Source: Rebecca billardiae RCC1528
Taxonomy: Eukaryota > Protista > Haptophyta
Assembly: GCA_965240325.2 (NCBI GenBank)
Contig: OZ251222.1
Span: forward strand, 310,001 to 374,000
DNA length: 64,000 nt
Reading direction: 5' to 3'
In this document: piece by piece, positions 20,683 through 29,961 of the stretch
How the letters are laid out: each line of letters begins with the position of its first letter
Numbering within the stretch: the first letter of the stretch is position 1
The notes under the pieces: generated by a model
Database searches by the model: none
Seen by the model: only the letters and a program-made list of their open reading frames with translations
What the model was told of the DNA's origin: nothing
Made by a program: the position numbers and the translations under genes

Positions 20683-22624
20683 CGGAGGTGGCGGCGGTGG
20701 AGCGGCACTCGGGCTTGACCCCGCGCGCCTGGCAGCCGTCGAGCAGCAGCGCGAGCAGCACCACCACCACCAGCTGCAGCAGCAGCCGCCGCACCAGCAC
20801 CAGCCAGCGGGCTTCTCGCCGCCGTCGATGGGGCCACAGGCGCCGCAGTGGCAGCAGCTGCCGCCGGCCTTGCGACAACAGCTCGCGCACCTCGCCGCGA
20901 CGAACCCGGCGGCGTTGGCCATGCTGCGCTCGAACGGCTTGCTGCCGTTCGGACCGCCGCCCGGACCGCCGCCGCCCGGCGGCGGCGGCGGCGGCCCTGC
21001 GCTTCCGCCGATGGGGAACCCGGCTGCCCAGCTCGCGGGCGGCATGGGCCCGCTCCCTGGCGGCGTGGGCGGCATCGGCGGCGTCGGTGGCGTCGGCGGG
21101 TCGATGCCGCCGCCGCCAGAAGCGCTCGCGGCTGAGCACGCCAGGCTGCTCGCCGCCGCGCAGCTGAGCGCACAGCAGCAGCACCACATGCGCGCGCGCT
21201 CGGACACGCACCTGCTACAATCATACACGCCGTCTGCACTGGCGCTCGCGCACGCGGCGAAGGACATGGGGCTGCCGCTGGGGAGCATCGGCTCGGGCGG
21301 CGTGGGCGAGCACGGGCCACTGGGCGCCGCGATGGCCGCGGGCGACGCCGCAGGCCGGCCAGGCTCGGCCACGCAGCGCCGCATGCGCGTTGGGCTCAGC
21401 TACAAGTGCGGCAAGTGCGGCATGCCCAAGCGCGGCCACGTGTGCCCGGGCGCGCCCGCGCCGGGCGCGGAGGGGAGCGGCGGGCCGGACGGCGCGCCGT
21501 CGAATCTCCCTTCGATCGAGCTGAGCGTGTCGCACGCGCCGGCGGAGGGCGCCGCCAGTGGCGCCTCGCAGCAGCAGCAGCAGCAGCAGGCTGCCCTGGC
21601 GGTTCCGTGCTCCTCAGCCGCCGTGCTCTCCGCCAGTAAGCCGTCGGGTGGCGCGGCGGTGGCCTCAGGCTCGCAGCTGGCGGGGACGTCCGCGCAGCAG
21701 CCGGCGGCGCCGATGCAGCCGGCGCAGGGCACACCGCAGGGCGCGCAGGCGACGCAGCAGCAGCAGCAGCGCATACTGCAGCAGAACGAGGCGTTCCTGC
21801 GGCAGCAGATGCTCGAGCACAACCTCCAGCAGCAGCTCTCCGCACACTTTGCGCAGCTCGGCGCCGGGGGCGTGCTAGGGAACGGCGTGAGCGGCATCTA
21901 CCCTCAGGGCGGCGGAGGGGACGGGCCGCCAGCATGGCTGACACAGGCGGCGGGCTTGCAAGCCGCCGTGGCGGCTGGCAGCGGTGGCGGCCGCGCCACG
22001 CAGCGCGCAGATGACGCGCCGCCCGCGAACGGCACCGTGGGCACAGGCGCCGACTCCGCCACACCGGCACCCTCGGGCGGAGCTCACCACGCCAAGCCGC
22101 ACCAGGTAGGGGCCTCGTCACGCGCGGCGCGCCGGCACGCGCCCCGCGCCGCTGCCGCGGCTCGAGCGCGCGCGCGCTCACTCGGCTCGCTCCTCGCCCC
22201 GCGCGCCCTGGCAGGGCAAGGCCAAGAGCCACCACGCCAAGCCCAAGTCGGGCGCGGCCAACCACTCGGCGCCCAAGTCGAACGGCACCGCGACGGCCGA
22301 CGGCGAGAGGGACGCCCCGGCGCCCAGCTCGGGGCTCAGCCTGCCGCCAAACCCCTTCGGTGCGGCGCCGTGGGACAGCACAGGAGAGGATGCGGCGCAG
22401 CTCAATGATGGTGCGCAGGCCGGCTCGCGCGCGCGCGCGCGTGCGCTCGCGCGCCATCCGTCCGCGCGTGCCGCGTGCTCACGCCATCCCACTCCACTCG
22501 CGCCACGTCGCGCGTGACCGCCGCCGCGACCGCCGTCGCAGTCGTGCGCGCGCTCGAGCTCTCCGACATGGACGCCATGATGATGAATGGCTTCGACCTG
22601 GGCGCGAGCGAGCTCGGCTTGTGA
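20126..22624 (+). CDS. Low-complexity protein with N-terminal RRM-like domain and a CxxCxxxKxGHxC zinc knuckle
   Basis: RRM-like RLLVLGLPPD...VDMRDGFAMVDLGDPEDVRLCI and YKCGKCGMPKRGHVC, with poly-G/Q/H tracts. Inferred introns 22106-22214 and 22411-22541; stop at 22622-22624. Confidence 0.65.
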
Positions 22625-23150
22625 GCGCGTCAGGGCGACTGCGCTTGCGTCGATGAGCGCACCATGCACGGCCAACCCGTGGTGCCTCCACGGCCACGCG
22701 TGGCGTGGGGGGTGCCGGGGTGACGGGCTCAGCAGCCCGGCCGGCGCATTCACTCGTTAGCCACATCCGACGTCGTTTCATCGAGGACTGTACCCCTTTG
22801 TTCACTACTACGCCTTGTCCGTCGGATCACTCGGTACAGCCCGGCCTGGCCTGATGCTTGCCATGAGCCGGCGCCGGCGCCGATGGCCGGATGGCATCCG
22901 GGCATCGCGCTTGCACGGCCACTCGACTCATCATCCGTCATCGAGCGCCAATGTGAATCGGGCTGCGACTTGTTCACTTGATGACATTGATTGAAACAAC
23001 ACTACTACTGACAGCAATCTCACCAGCGCATTCATTCACATATTTGATATTATTCGTCTAAGCCGTCGTAACACTGCTGGTTAGTTTTAGAATATAGTTT
23101 TAATATATATATATATGTATAATAAATTTATATATAAATATATATATATA

Positions 23151-23936
23151 CAGGGGTCTCAACAATTAGCTGTATCTCTGTTTGTGCCACTGGACAGGCA
23201 TGTGAGCACTTGATTGCCTGGCTAGATGTGGTCTAGCACAGCCCACTCCCTGGCCATTCTGACGAGTGGGTGGCTGCTTGGCCAGCTCTCCATGCTGGGC
23301 TGTGGTGCCATCCAGAGTGCGCATGTGCAGCAGCCCAGGTGGGTGCAGCGAGGGGTGCGGCAGGCAGCAGTGGGTGGTCAGCTTGAAAATCCATGCAGGC
23401 CAGCCACCAGCAGCTAGGCTGCAGAGCTCTTGGCTGCACCAGCCCCACTCCAGCCCCCTCAAGTCGGGTGGCTGGCCACCCTCTGGGTGTGTCAGCTGGT
23501 GCTGCTGCTGGCCTCCCAGTGCAGGGGAGCTGACCCGACAGGTCCTTGCGCAGGTGGGGGTGCGGGATTGGGCACTGTGCCACAGCAGCTGCATCCCATG
23601 AGCTCCCCCCCAGGTGGCATGCAGCCCTCCCTAGGGGGTACCAGATCCACTGCCAAGCACAATTTAGGCCTGGTCTGTGTGGGCACACTGCCCGCGACCA
23701 GTGACGACAAGCCTGCGGCAGGATCTGGCCAGCTGCGACAGGCTGTACGCCTGCAGCCGTGTGACCTGCTGGTGTGCCCAACTCCAGCCCACGCGCGCTG
23801 GGGCTGACGCGCTGGGCCTGGGTCGAAACCGTCGTGCACGGGCCGTGGGCGGGCCGCCTGGATCAGCCCAGGGGGGCAGGGTGAGCAGTGGCGTGCAGCT
23901 CAGTCAGAATGTGACAATTAATTGTTGAGACCCCTG
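23151..23936. mobile_element. Non-autonomous Tc1/mariner-type DNA transposon (786 bp)
   Basis: Perfect 18-bp TIRs CAGGGGTCTCAACAATTA / TAATTGTTGAGACCCCTG with TA on both sides. Inserted next to a (TA)n tract; no intact transposase. Confidence 0.9.
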
Positions 23937-24230
23937 TATGAATCTAATGCCCACTAGCAGTCAGCAAGCAATACTAGCTCGCGTTACTAACACTTAACAG
24001 TATCATGATCGGCGGTCTCCGATCTAGTCGGCGGCGGCGTAGTCACTCGGCGTCATCAGCGGTCGCGGGTCGTCGTGCGCAGAGCCTGCGCAGTGGGCCC
24101 TCACTGGCAGCAGAGAGTGACAGACGTCACGACCATCGGCATCGGTCCATCGGCATCGCTCGACACGCATGCGGGATTGCGGCGACATCAGCGGCGTGGT
24201 GTCGTCAAAGTAGTTCGTCAGCATCACTCA

Positions 24231-25370
24231 TCAAAGCCCAGCTGTGAAGCTCGCGTCGAGGCGCACGGCACGGCCAGGTTGCTGCTCGGGCACGCGCATC
24301 TCGGCCGCGGCGCTTCGCTTGCGCTTCTTCTTGCGCCGCTCCGCCTCCTCCTCGCTGTCGTCATCGCTGTCTGCGTCGTCGTCCGCGCCATCGCCGGCCT
24401 CGCGGCCGCGCTCGCCGAGGCTGCCAGCGGCCGAGAGCGCCCGGGCGCTCACATGCCCGCCCTCCTCGACGATCGTCTGCAGGTCCCAGAGGCGCAGCGT
24501 CATGTCGTGCCCGCAGCTCGCGAGGAGCTGCTTCGACGCGCTCAGCCGCACGCTCTCAATCGGCGCGCCGTCGTGGCTGCCGAGCACGTGCACGAGCCGC
24601 CACGGCTGCACCTGCACCATCCGGATATACCCGTCGGAGGCGCCGGTGCACAGCACGTCGTCGTTGAGCACGGCGAGGGTGTCGATCGAGCCGGGGTGGC
24701 CGGGGTGGCGGTCGGAGATGTCGCCAAAGTCGCCGTACGAGAAGACGTTCAGCACGCCGCCCTGCGAGCCGCACAGCACCTTCTTCCCGCCCTTCATCAG
24801 CCCGACACACAGCAGCTCGTCCTCGAGGTTGTCAGAGAGGGCGCCGAGCGCCTGCTTGCGCAGGTCGTACCAGCCGAAGGTGCCGTCGCCGCTCGTGACG
24901 AGGAGCGCGTCGTTCTTCTCCTGCGCGTAGCAGATGTCCGTGATGTAGTCCTCCTGCTCCTCGAAGGCCATCACCGGCTCGCGCGTGCGCGTGTCCCACA
25001 CGCGCACGCAGCCGTCGTCGTCGCCCGTGGCCACGCCCCTGCCGCGGACGAGGCTGAGGGCGTTGACGGCGGCGGCGTGGGCGTCGGCGCGCTTCCACGA
25101 GACGGCGCCGGTAGACACGTCGGTGACGCAGAGCGCGTGATCAGCGCCACACGTGTACAGCTCGTCGCCGCCTGGGGAGAAACGGAGCGCGCGACACGAG
25201 CCCTTGTGCGGCTTAGCGCGAAGCAGCCGGCGCATCCGCCCCTCGCCGGCGTAGCTGAAGGTGTGCACGGCGCCCGTGATGAGGCCTGCCGCGACGATTT
25301 CCTCGCTGGGATGCAGGTCGAGGCCAAAGAGCTGCGCCTTCAGCGCGACTTGGCGCGGACGGCTCGCCAT
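24231..25370 (-). CDS. WDR55: WD40-repeat protein WDR55/Jip5 (ribosome biogenesis)
   Basis: HKGSCRALRF, ATGDDDGCVRVWD, QEDYITD, SGDGT, SDNLEDELL, GKKVLCGSQGG, DISDRHPGHP and C-terminal SFTAGL. Confidence 0.9.
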   Translation of the reverse strand: MASRPRQVALKAQLFGLDLHPSEEIVAAGLITGAVHTFSYAGEGRMRRLLRAKPHKGSCRALRFSPGGDELYTCGADHALCVTDVSTGAVSWKRADAHAAAVNALSLVRGRGVATGDDDGCVRVWDTRTREPVMAFEEQEDYITDICYAQEKNDALLVTSGDGTFGWYDLRKQALGALSDNLEDELLCVGLMKGGKKVLCGSQGGVLNVFSYGDFGDISDRHPGHPGSIDTLAVLNDDVLCTGASDGYIRMVQVQPWRLVHVLGSHDGAPIESVRLSASKQLLASCGHDMTLRLWDLQTIVEEGGHVSARALSAAGSLGERGREAGDGADDDADSDDDSEEEAERRKKKRKRSAAAEMRVPEQQPGRAVRLDASFTAGL

Positions 25371-25509
25371 CGTGGCGCAAGGTCACGTCCACAACCAAGC
25401 GCAAGGGCCGTGCAAGCACGTGCTCCGGTGCCTCGCCCCGGATGCCCATCCGGGGCAAGATTCCGGTCGCTCGGGCGCCCTCGCCATCAGGGGGCTTCAT
25501 GATTTCAGC

Positions 25510-27477
25510 ATGGCCGTCCACGCCGCCCGCGCGAGCGGCTGGATGCGCGGCAGCGGAGCGCTCGAGCTGAAGGGGCGCTCGCCGGCGCAGTTTGCGGAGT
25601 ACCTCGCGGAGCCCGTGCACCCCGCCGTCGCCGCCGACGTCCAGCAGATCGACACCGACCTCAATCGGCTCACCCTCGACACGGTCTCGCAGCCGTCGGT
25701 GCGCGCGCTGCTCGAGAGCGCGGGCGTCGATCGGGTGCGCGACGGCGTGCGCATGGTGCTCCGCGCGTACGTGCAGCGATACCGGCACCCGGGGTACGCG
25801 CAGGGCCTCCACCTCCCCGCGGCCGTGCTGCTGTGCTTCATGGACGCGGAGAGCGCCTTCTGGTGCACGTGCGCGCTCGTGGACCGCCTCTTCCCGCGCG
25901 ACTTCTTCGCGCGGCCGCCCGTCGCGATGCACGGGCTGCTGATCGACTCGGAGGTGCTGGCTCGGCTCGTGGCGGACGCGCTGCCCGCGCTGGCGAGCAG
26001 CCTGGGCCGCGAGCACCTCGGCGCGCTCATGCAGATGCTCGCGCCCAAGCTGCTCGTGCCGCTGTTTGTGGACGAGCTGCCGCTGCCGTCGCTGCTGGCG
26101 GTCTGGGACGCCGTCTGGTCGGCGCACGGCTCGGTCGCGGCGCTGTGGGCGACGGTGGGGCTGCTGCACGTGCACTCGCACGCACTCGTCACGCGCGTCG
26201 CGCACGTGCGCGCGGAGGACGCGAGCAGCGCCGCGTACACCACGCTGCTCGCGCTGCTGAGCGGCGACGGCTCCGAGCGCGCGGCTGGGCAGCAGGCGGC
26301 CGCGCTCCGGAGCGCGCTCGACAGCGCCTCGCAGTGGGTGCCCGCGCAGCGCGTGGGCGCCGAGCGCGCGCGCGCGCGCGCCGAGGCGTGCGCGCGATGG
26401 AGCGCGCCGGCCGCGGCCGCGCAGCTCAGCGCGAGCGTCGCCGGCATGCGGCTGGAGAGCGCTGAGCTCTCCGCTCTGCACGGCGCGCTGCTCGGCGCCC
26501 TCGGCGCGCGTGGCGGGTGCACGGGCGACGCGGCGGCGGCGCTGCTGCCGTGGCTGTCGAGCTGGGCGCCGCTCGGCGCGTCGGCGCAGCTGTGCGAGCG
26601 CGCGCGCGCGGTGCTCGGCGGCCCCGCGCCGCTCGACATCCGCATCGCCCTCTTCCTCGCCTCCGTCGCGCTGCGCGGCTCACTGCCGGAGCGCGTGGAC
26701 CTACTGCTCGCGCTCTTCGACGCCGAGCGGACGGGCTTCGTGGCGGCCGAGCGCGTGCACGAGCTCGGCGCGTGCTTCGCCGAGGCGCAGGCGGCGAGGC
26801 TGCGCAGCGCGTCCGCGCACGCCGAGGCGCGCCCCTCCGCGCGCGTCTGGCGCCACGCGTACGACCCGTCCATCGCCGCAGCCGGCCAGGCGCGCATGAT
26901 CACCCAGCGGCTGCTCGCGGCGGACTCGACCGGCCGGCGCAGGCTGGGCTTCGTCACGCTCGTGCGCGCGGCTGAGGCGGACGAGGGCGTGCGCGAGCTG
27001 CTCGGTGCGCCGAGCGCGCCCTCCGCGCCGCCCGCCGACCTCGCGCCCCTCCTCGAGCAGCTGCGCGCATTCGGGCGCGCGGCCGCCATCGTCGCCCAAC
27101 CGCCGCCGCCGCCGCCGCCGTGTGCGCCGCCGCAAGCGTGCCCGCCCTTCTGTCCTCCGCCGGTGGCTCCACCGGCGTCGAGTCCCGCGGTGGGCTGCGG
27201 GCGGTACCCGTCGCTTGATGAGACGCGCGGCGGCGGCGCACAGCGGCGTTGCGACCCATCCGCAGGCAGCACACGCACCTCGTGCGCAGCAGCAGCCTCG
27301 GCGCCGCAGCACACGGCCGCCTGGCCACCGCCGCCGCCGCCAGGCGACTGGCAGCACACGGCGCTCGCTGGGGCGGCACTGGCACGCGCACACGCTGTGC
27401 AGTCGATTGCTGACGACTTGTCGCGGCAGCCTGCTCAGGCAGGACTGCCGACGGCCGCGCAGTGCACCGTACAGTAG
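25510..27477 (+). CDS. TBC (Rab-GAP) domain protein with EF-hand-like region
   Basis: QIDTDLNRL (IxxDxxR), VLRAY...GYAQGL (YxQ), AFW, and LLAVWD. Later LFDAERTGFV is EF-hand-like. The protein ends in CTVQ. Confidence 0.8.
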   Translation: MAVHAARASGWMRGSGALELKGRSPAQFAEYLAEPVHPAVAADVQQIDTDLNRLTLDTVSQPSVRALLESAGVDRVRDGVRMVLRAYVQRYRHPGYAQGLHLPAAVLLCFMDAESAFWCTCALVDRLFPRDFFARPPVAMHGLLIDSEVLARLVADALPALASSLGREHLGALMQMLAPKLLVPLFVDELPLPSLLAVWDAVWSAHGSVAALWATVGLLHVHSHALVTRVAHVRAEDASSAAYTTLLALLSGDGSERAAGQQAAALRSALDSASQWVPAQRVGAERARARAEACARWSAPAAAAQLSASVAGMRLESAELSALHGALLGALGARGGCTGDAAAALLPWLSSWAPLGASAQLCERARAVLGGPAPLDIRIALFLASVALRGSLPERVDLLLALFDAERTGFVAAERVHELGACFAEAQAARLRSASAHAEARPSARVWRHAYDPSIAAAGQARMITQRLLAADSTGRRRLGFVTLVRAAEADEGVRELLGAPSAPSAPPADLAPLLEQLRAFGRAAAIVAQPPPPPPPCAPPQACPPFCPPPVAPPASSPAVGCGRYPSLDETRGGGAQRRCDPSAGSTRTSCAAAASAPQHTAAWPPPPPPGDWQHTALAGAALARAHAVQSIADDLSRQPAQAGLPTAAQCTVQ

Positions 27478-27580
27478 GCCGAGAGTACGGTCCGCGCGAC
27501 ATAGGCCGCGCCAGGCGGGCCGCCAGCGGCCCGCATGCTGCTGCAGCCATGATGATTCATCATGACTGAGACTGCTCGTC

Positions 27581-27627
27581 AATATATATTAATATATATT
27601 AATATATATATTAATATATATATATAG
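27581..27627. repeat. AT-rich (TA)n-type tract
   Basis: Repeated aatatatatt units. Confidence 0.85.
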
Positions 27628-28539
27628 ATCGATTATAACAGTATGGCTTCCCCGCGGCGACCCCCCGCCTGTGATCTGGCTGCCGCCGTGCCGCCGTCGC
27701 TGGCGTAGAGCCGCGCGCGCGCGGCGCTGGCGCGCCAGACGGCGTCCGGTTGGGCAGCGCAGGCACCCTTAGCAGCGGCCAGGGCGATGACTTCCTCAAC
27801 GGCCAGGGCGACGATTTCCTCAACGGCAAGGGCGACTACTTCCGCCGAACTCGGCAAGTCCAAGGCCGCGCACACCGGCCAGGGCGACCCCATCCACTAA
27901 CTGCACCACGGCATCAACTCGAACACGGCCTCGGACCGTCGACGCACACGTGCAACTACATGATGACCAAGGCCGGCGACGACTGCAAATAGGCTACAGC
28001 GGCATCCCTGGGCACCTACTGCCTCCGTGTGATCAGCATCGGCGACGACTACCTCACCCGCGGCCAACGCGCTCACATCCCCCGTCTCCAATCAGTACGT
28101 ACGAGGGATTGCAACAGTGGTCGAGAGGCGCACCGAGTGGAGTACCCGCACGACCACTCACTGCGGCTCGATCCGCCTGACACTGGCCGTGCACGTGCAG
28201 GCGTGCACTCAGCCACGGCTGGCCGAGCACGCAGCACGCAAGCGGCGACAAGGAGAGGTGTGGGCATGCCACCAAGGTGTCGAGACGTCTTCGGCACACT
28301 GACGCACCTCCCACGAGACCATCTACGCCACCCCGCCCTCGCAGCCAGGACACCCGTCGCGTGCATGTACACGCTCGAGGTATGCATTCTGTCCGGAAGC
28401 GTTCACGTACAGGGTCAAGTTGGCGGCAGTCCGAGCTTGGTCCGAGCCAATTATTCTGAGTCCATGAGTGGCCAAACGTTACGGCACGCCGCTCAACTTT
28501 TACCAGGTAGCCGTAGTACAGGACCTGTGCTCGTTCATC

Positions 28540-29487
28540 ATGGTGTACACGTGGGGACCAGCGCCGACACGGCGTGCGGCCGGGGTGCTGTTCGCCGTGG
28601 TGGCGCTCGTCGCGCTGGCCGCGCTCTCTGCACCCGGCCAGCGCGCCGCCGCCCGCCACCCCGAGAACTCCGCTGGCAACACGTGCGAGGAGGATGCCTG
28701 CGGGGCGACCAAGCCAAGCCCGGCCGATCGGCGCTCGTGCGCGTGGGACACCGTACCAGACGGTGCCCACAAGCCGGTTGGATGCAGCTTTTGCAATCTT
28801 GGCAAGTGCGTGAACAAGCTCCCCGGAGGCGCGTCGTACGAGCCTTACAGTCCCGAGGTCTGCCGCTCCGGCAGTGGAAGCGGTGGGATTTGCGATGGCG
28901 ACTGCGAGGGTGAAGGGTGTGGCGCGGCGCATGACCCGCCGTCCGACACGAGCGTGTGCGCGTGGGCCACCGAGCCAAGCGGTGCGTACAAGCCGGCGGG
29001 CTGCGCCTACTGCGCAGGTGGCAGGTGCGTCAACAAGCTGCCCGACGGGGCGCCGTCGGACGACAAGAACAATTGCCAGAGTGCCCAGGTCCTCGACGGG
29101 AAGTGCTCCGCCTGCGAGCGCGACGGGTGCGGTGCCGCCCACAAGCCGCCTGACGACACGAGCGTTTGCGCGTGGGACACCGAGCCAAACGGGGCCAACA
29201 AGCCGGCGGGATGCGCCTACTGCAACGGCGGCGTGTGCGTCAACAAGCTGCCGAACGGCACCCCCCTTCCGGGAGGGCAACCGGCCGGCACGTGCAACGA
29301 GTGCCAGAGCGACTACGGCATCTACGGCACGTGCCAACCCTATGGCTGCTACTCAGGGACGGATTGCACGTCGTGCACAGCGCCAAGGTTCGAGTGCAAG
29401 TGCAGCGTCTTTGTCACAGGCCAGGCTAGGCCCGCGTATGGCTTGGCCCACCTGCACGCTGATATGAATGCGTGCGAATCGCAGTGA
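28540..29487 (+). CDS. Secreted cysteine-rich protein with three ~70-aa tandem repeats
   Basis: Signal-like GVLFAVVALVALAALSA followed by three units of C..xxCGAxxxPPxDxSVCAWxTEPxGAxKPAGCxYCxxGxCVNKLPxG. Confidence 0.75.
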   Translation: MVYTWGPAPTRRAAGVLFAVVALVALAALSAPGQRAAARHPENSAGNTCEEDACGATKPSPADRRSCAWDTVPDGAHKPVGCSFCNLGKCVNKLPGGASYEPYSPEVCRSGSGSGGICDGDCEGEGCGAAHDPPSDTSVCAWATEPSGAYKPAGCAYCAGGRCVNKLPDGAPSDDKNNCQSAQVLDGKCSACERDGCGAAHKPPDDTSVCAWDTEPNGANKPAGCAYCNGGVCVNKLPNGTPLPGGQPAGTCNECQSDYGIYGTCQPYGCYSGTDCTSCTAPRFECKCSVFVTGQARPAYGLAHLHADMNACESQ

Positions 29488-29961
29488 CTCCAGTCCGAGG
29501 ACGCCGCCCCCGCCGCCCCGCCGCCGGGCCCGGCAACGCGAACTACCCCGGCCCGGGCAACTCACAAGGTACACAACTGCCTACTAACAGTGGCACTACT
29601 AGTAGTGTGGCGGCCGTACTAGTGCCCGTTCATCAGGCGGCTCATCAGCAGCATTCTAGTCGGTAACGACTACTGGCACACGACACGTGTACAGTCTGCT
29701 CCGTCATCGTCAGTGAGACGTCAGCTCGCGGCGCCGCCTCGGGCTCGGCCTCGCGTGTCCGACGCGCATGAGTTGCTCATGCCGGGGGTGTCCTCGCAAT
29801 CTTGACAGAGTCGCCCGTGCCGCACGGCCAGCTCGGACTGATGTGATGCGGCATAGTCTGTCTGGGAGACTGGGACTTGACGGCTCCATCATCGGCCCGA
29901 CTGCAGCCGCGCAGCGGTGGATGCGCACTTTGCGCGGACGTAACAGCAGTCACTGCCGGTC

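Noticed and set aside
27774-29300. CRISPR-like arrays among the short repeats
   Set aside because: The repeats are in-frame coding-type repeats without unique spacers, the context is eukaryotic, and there are no cas genes.
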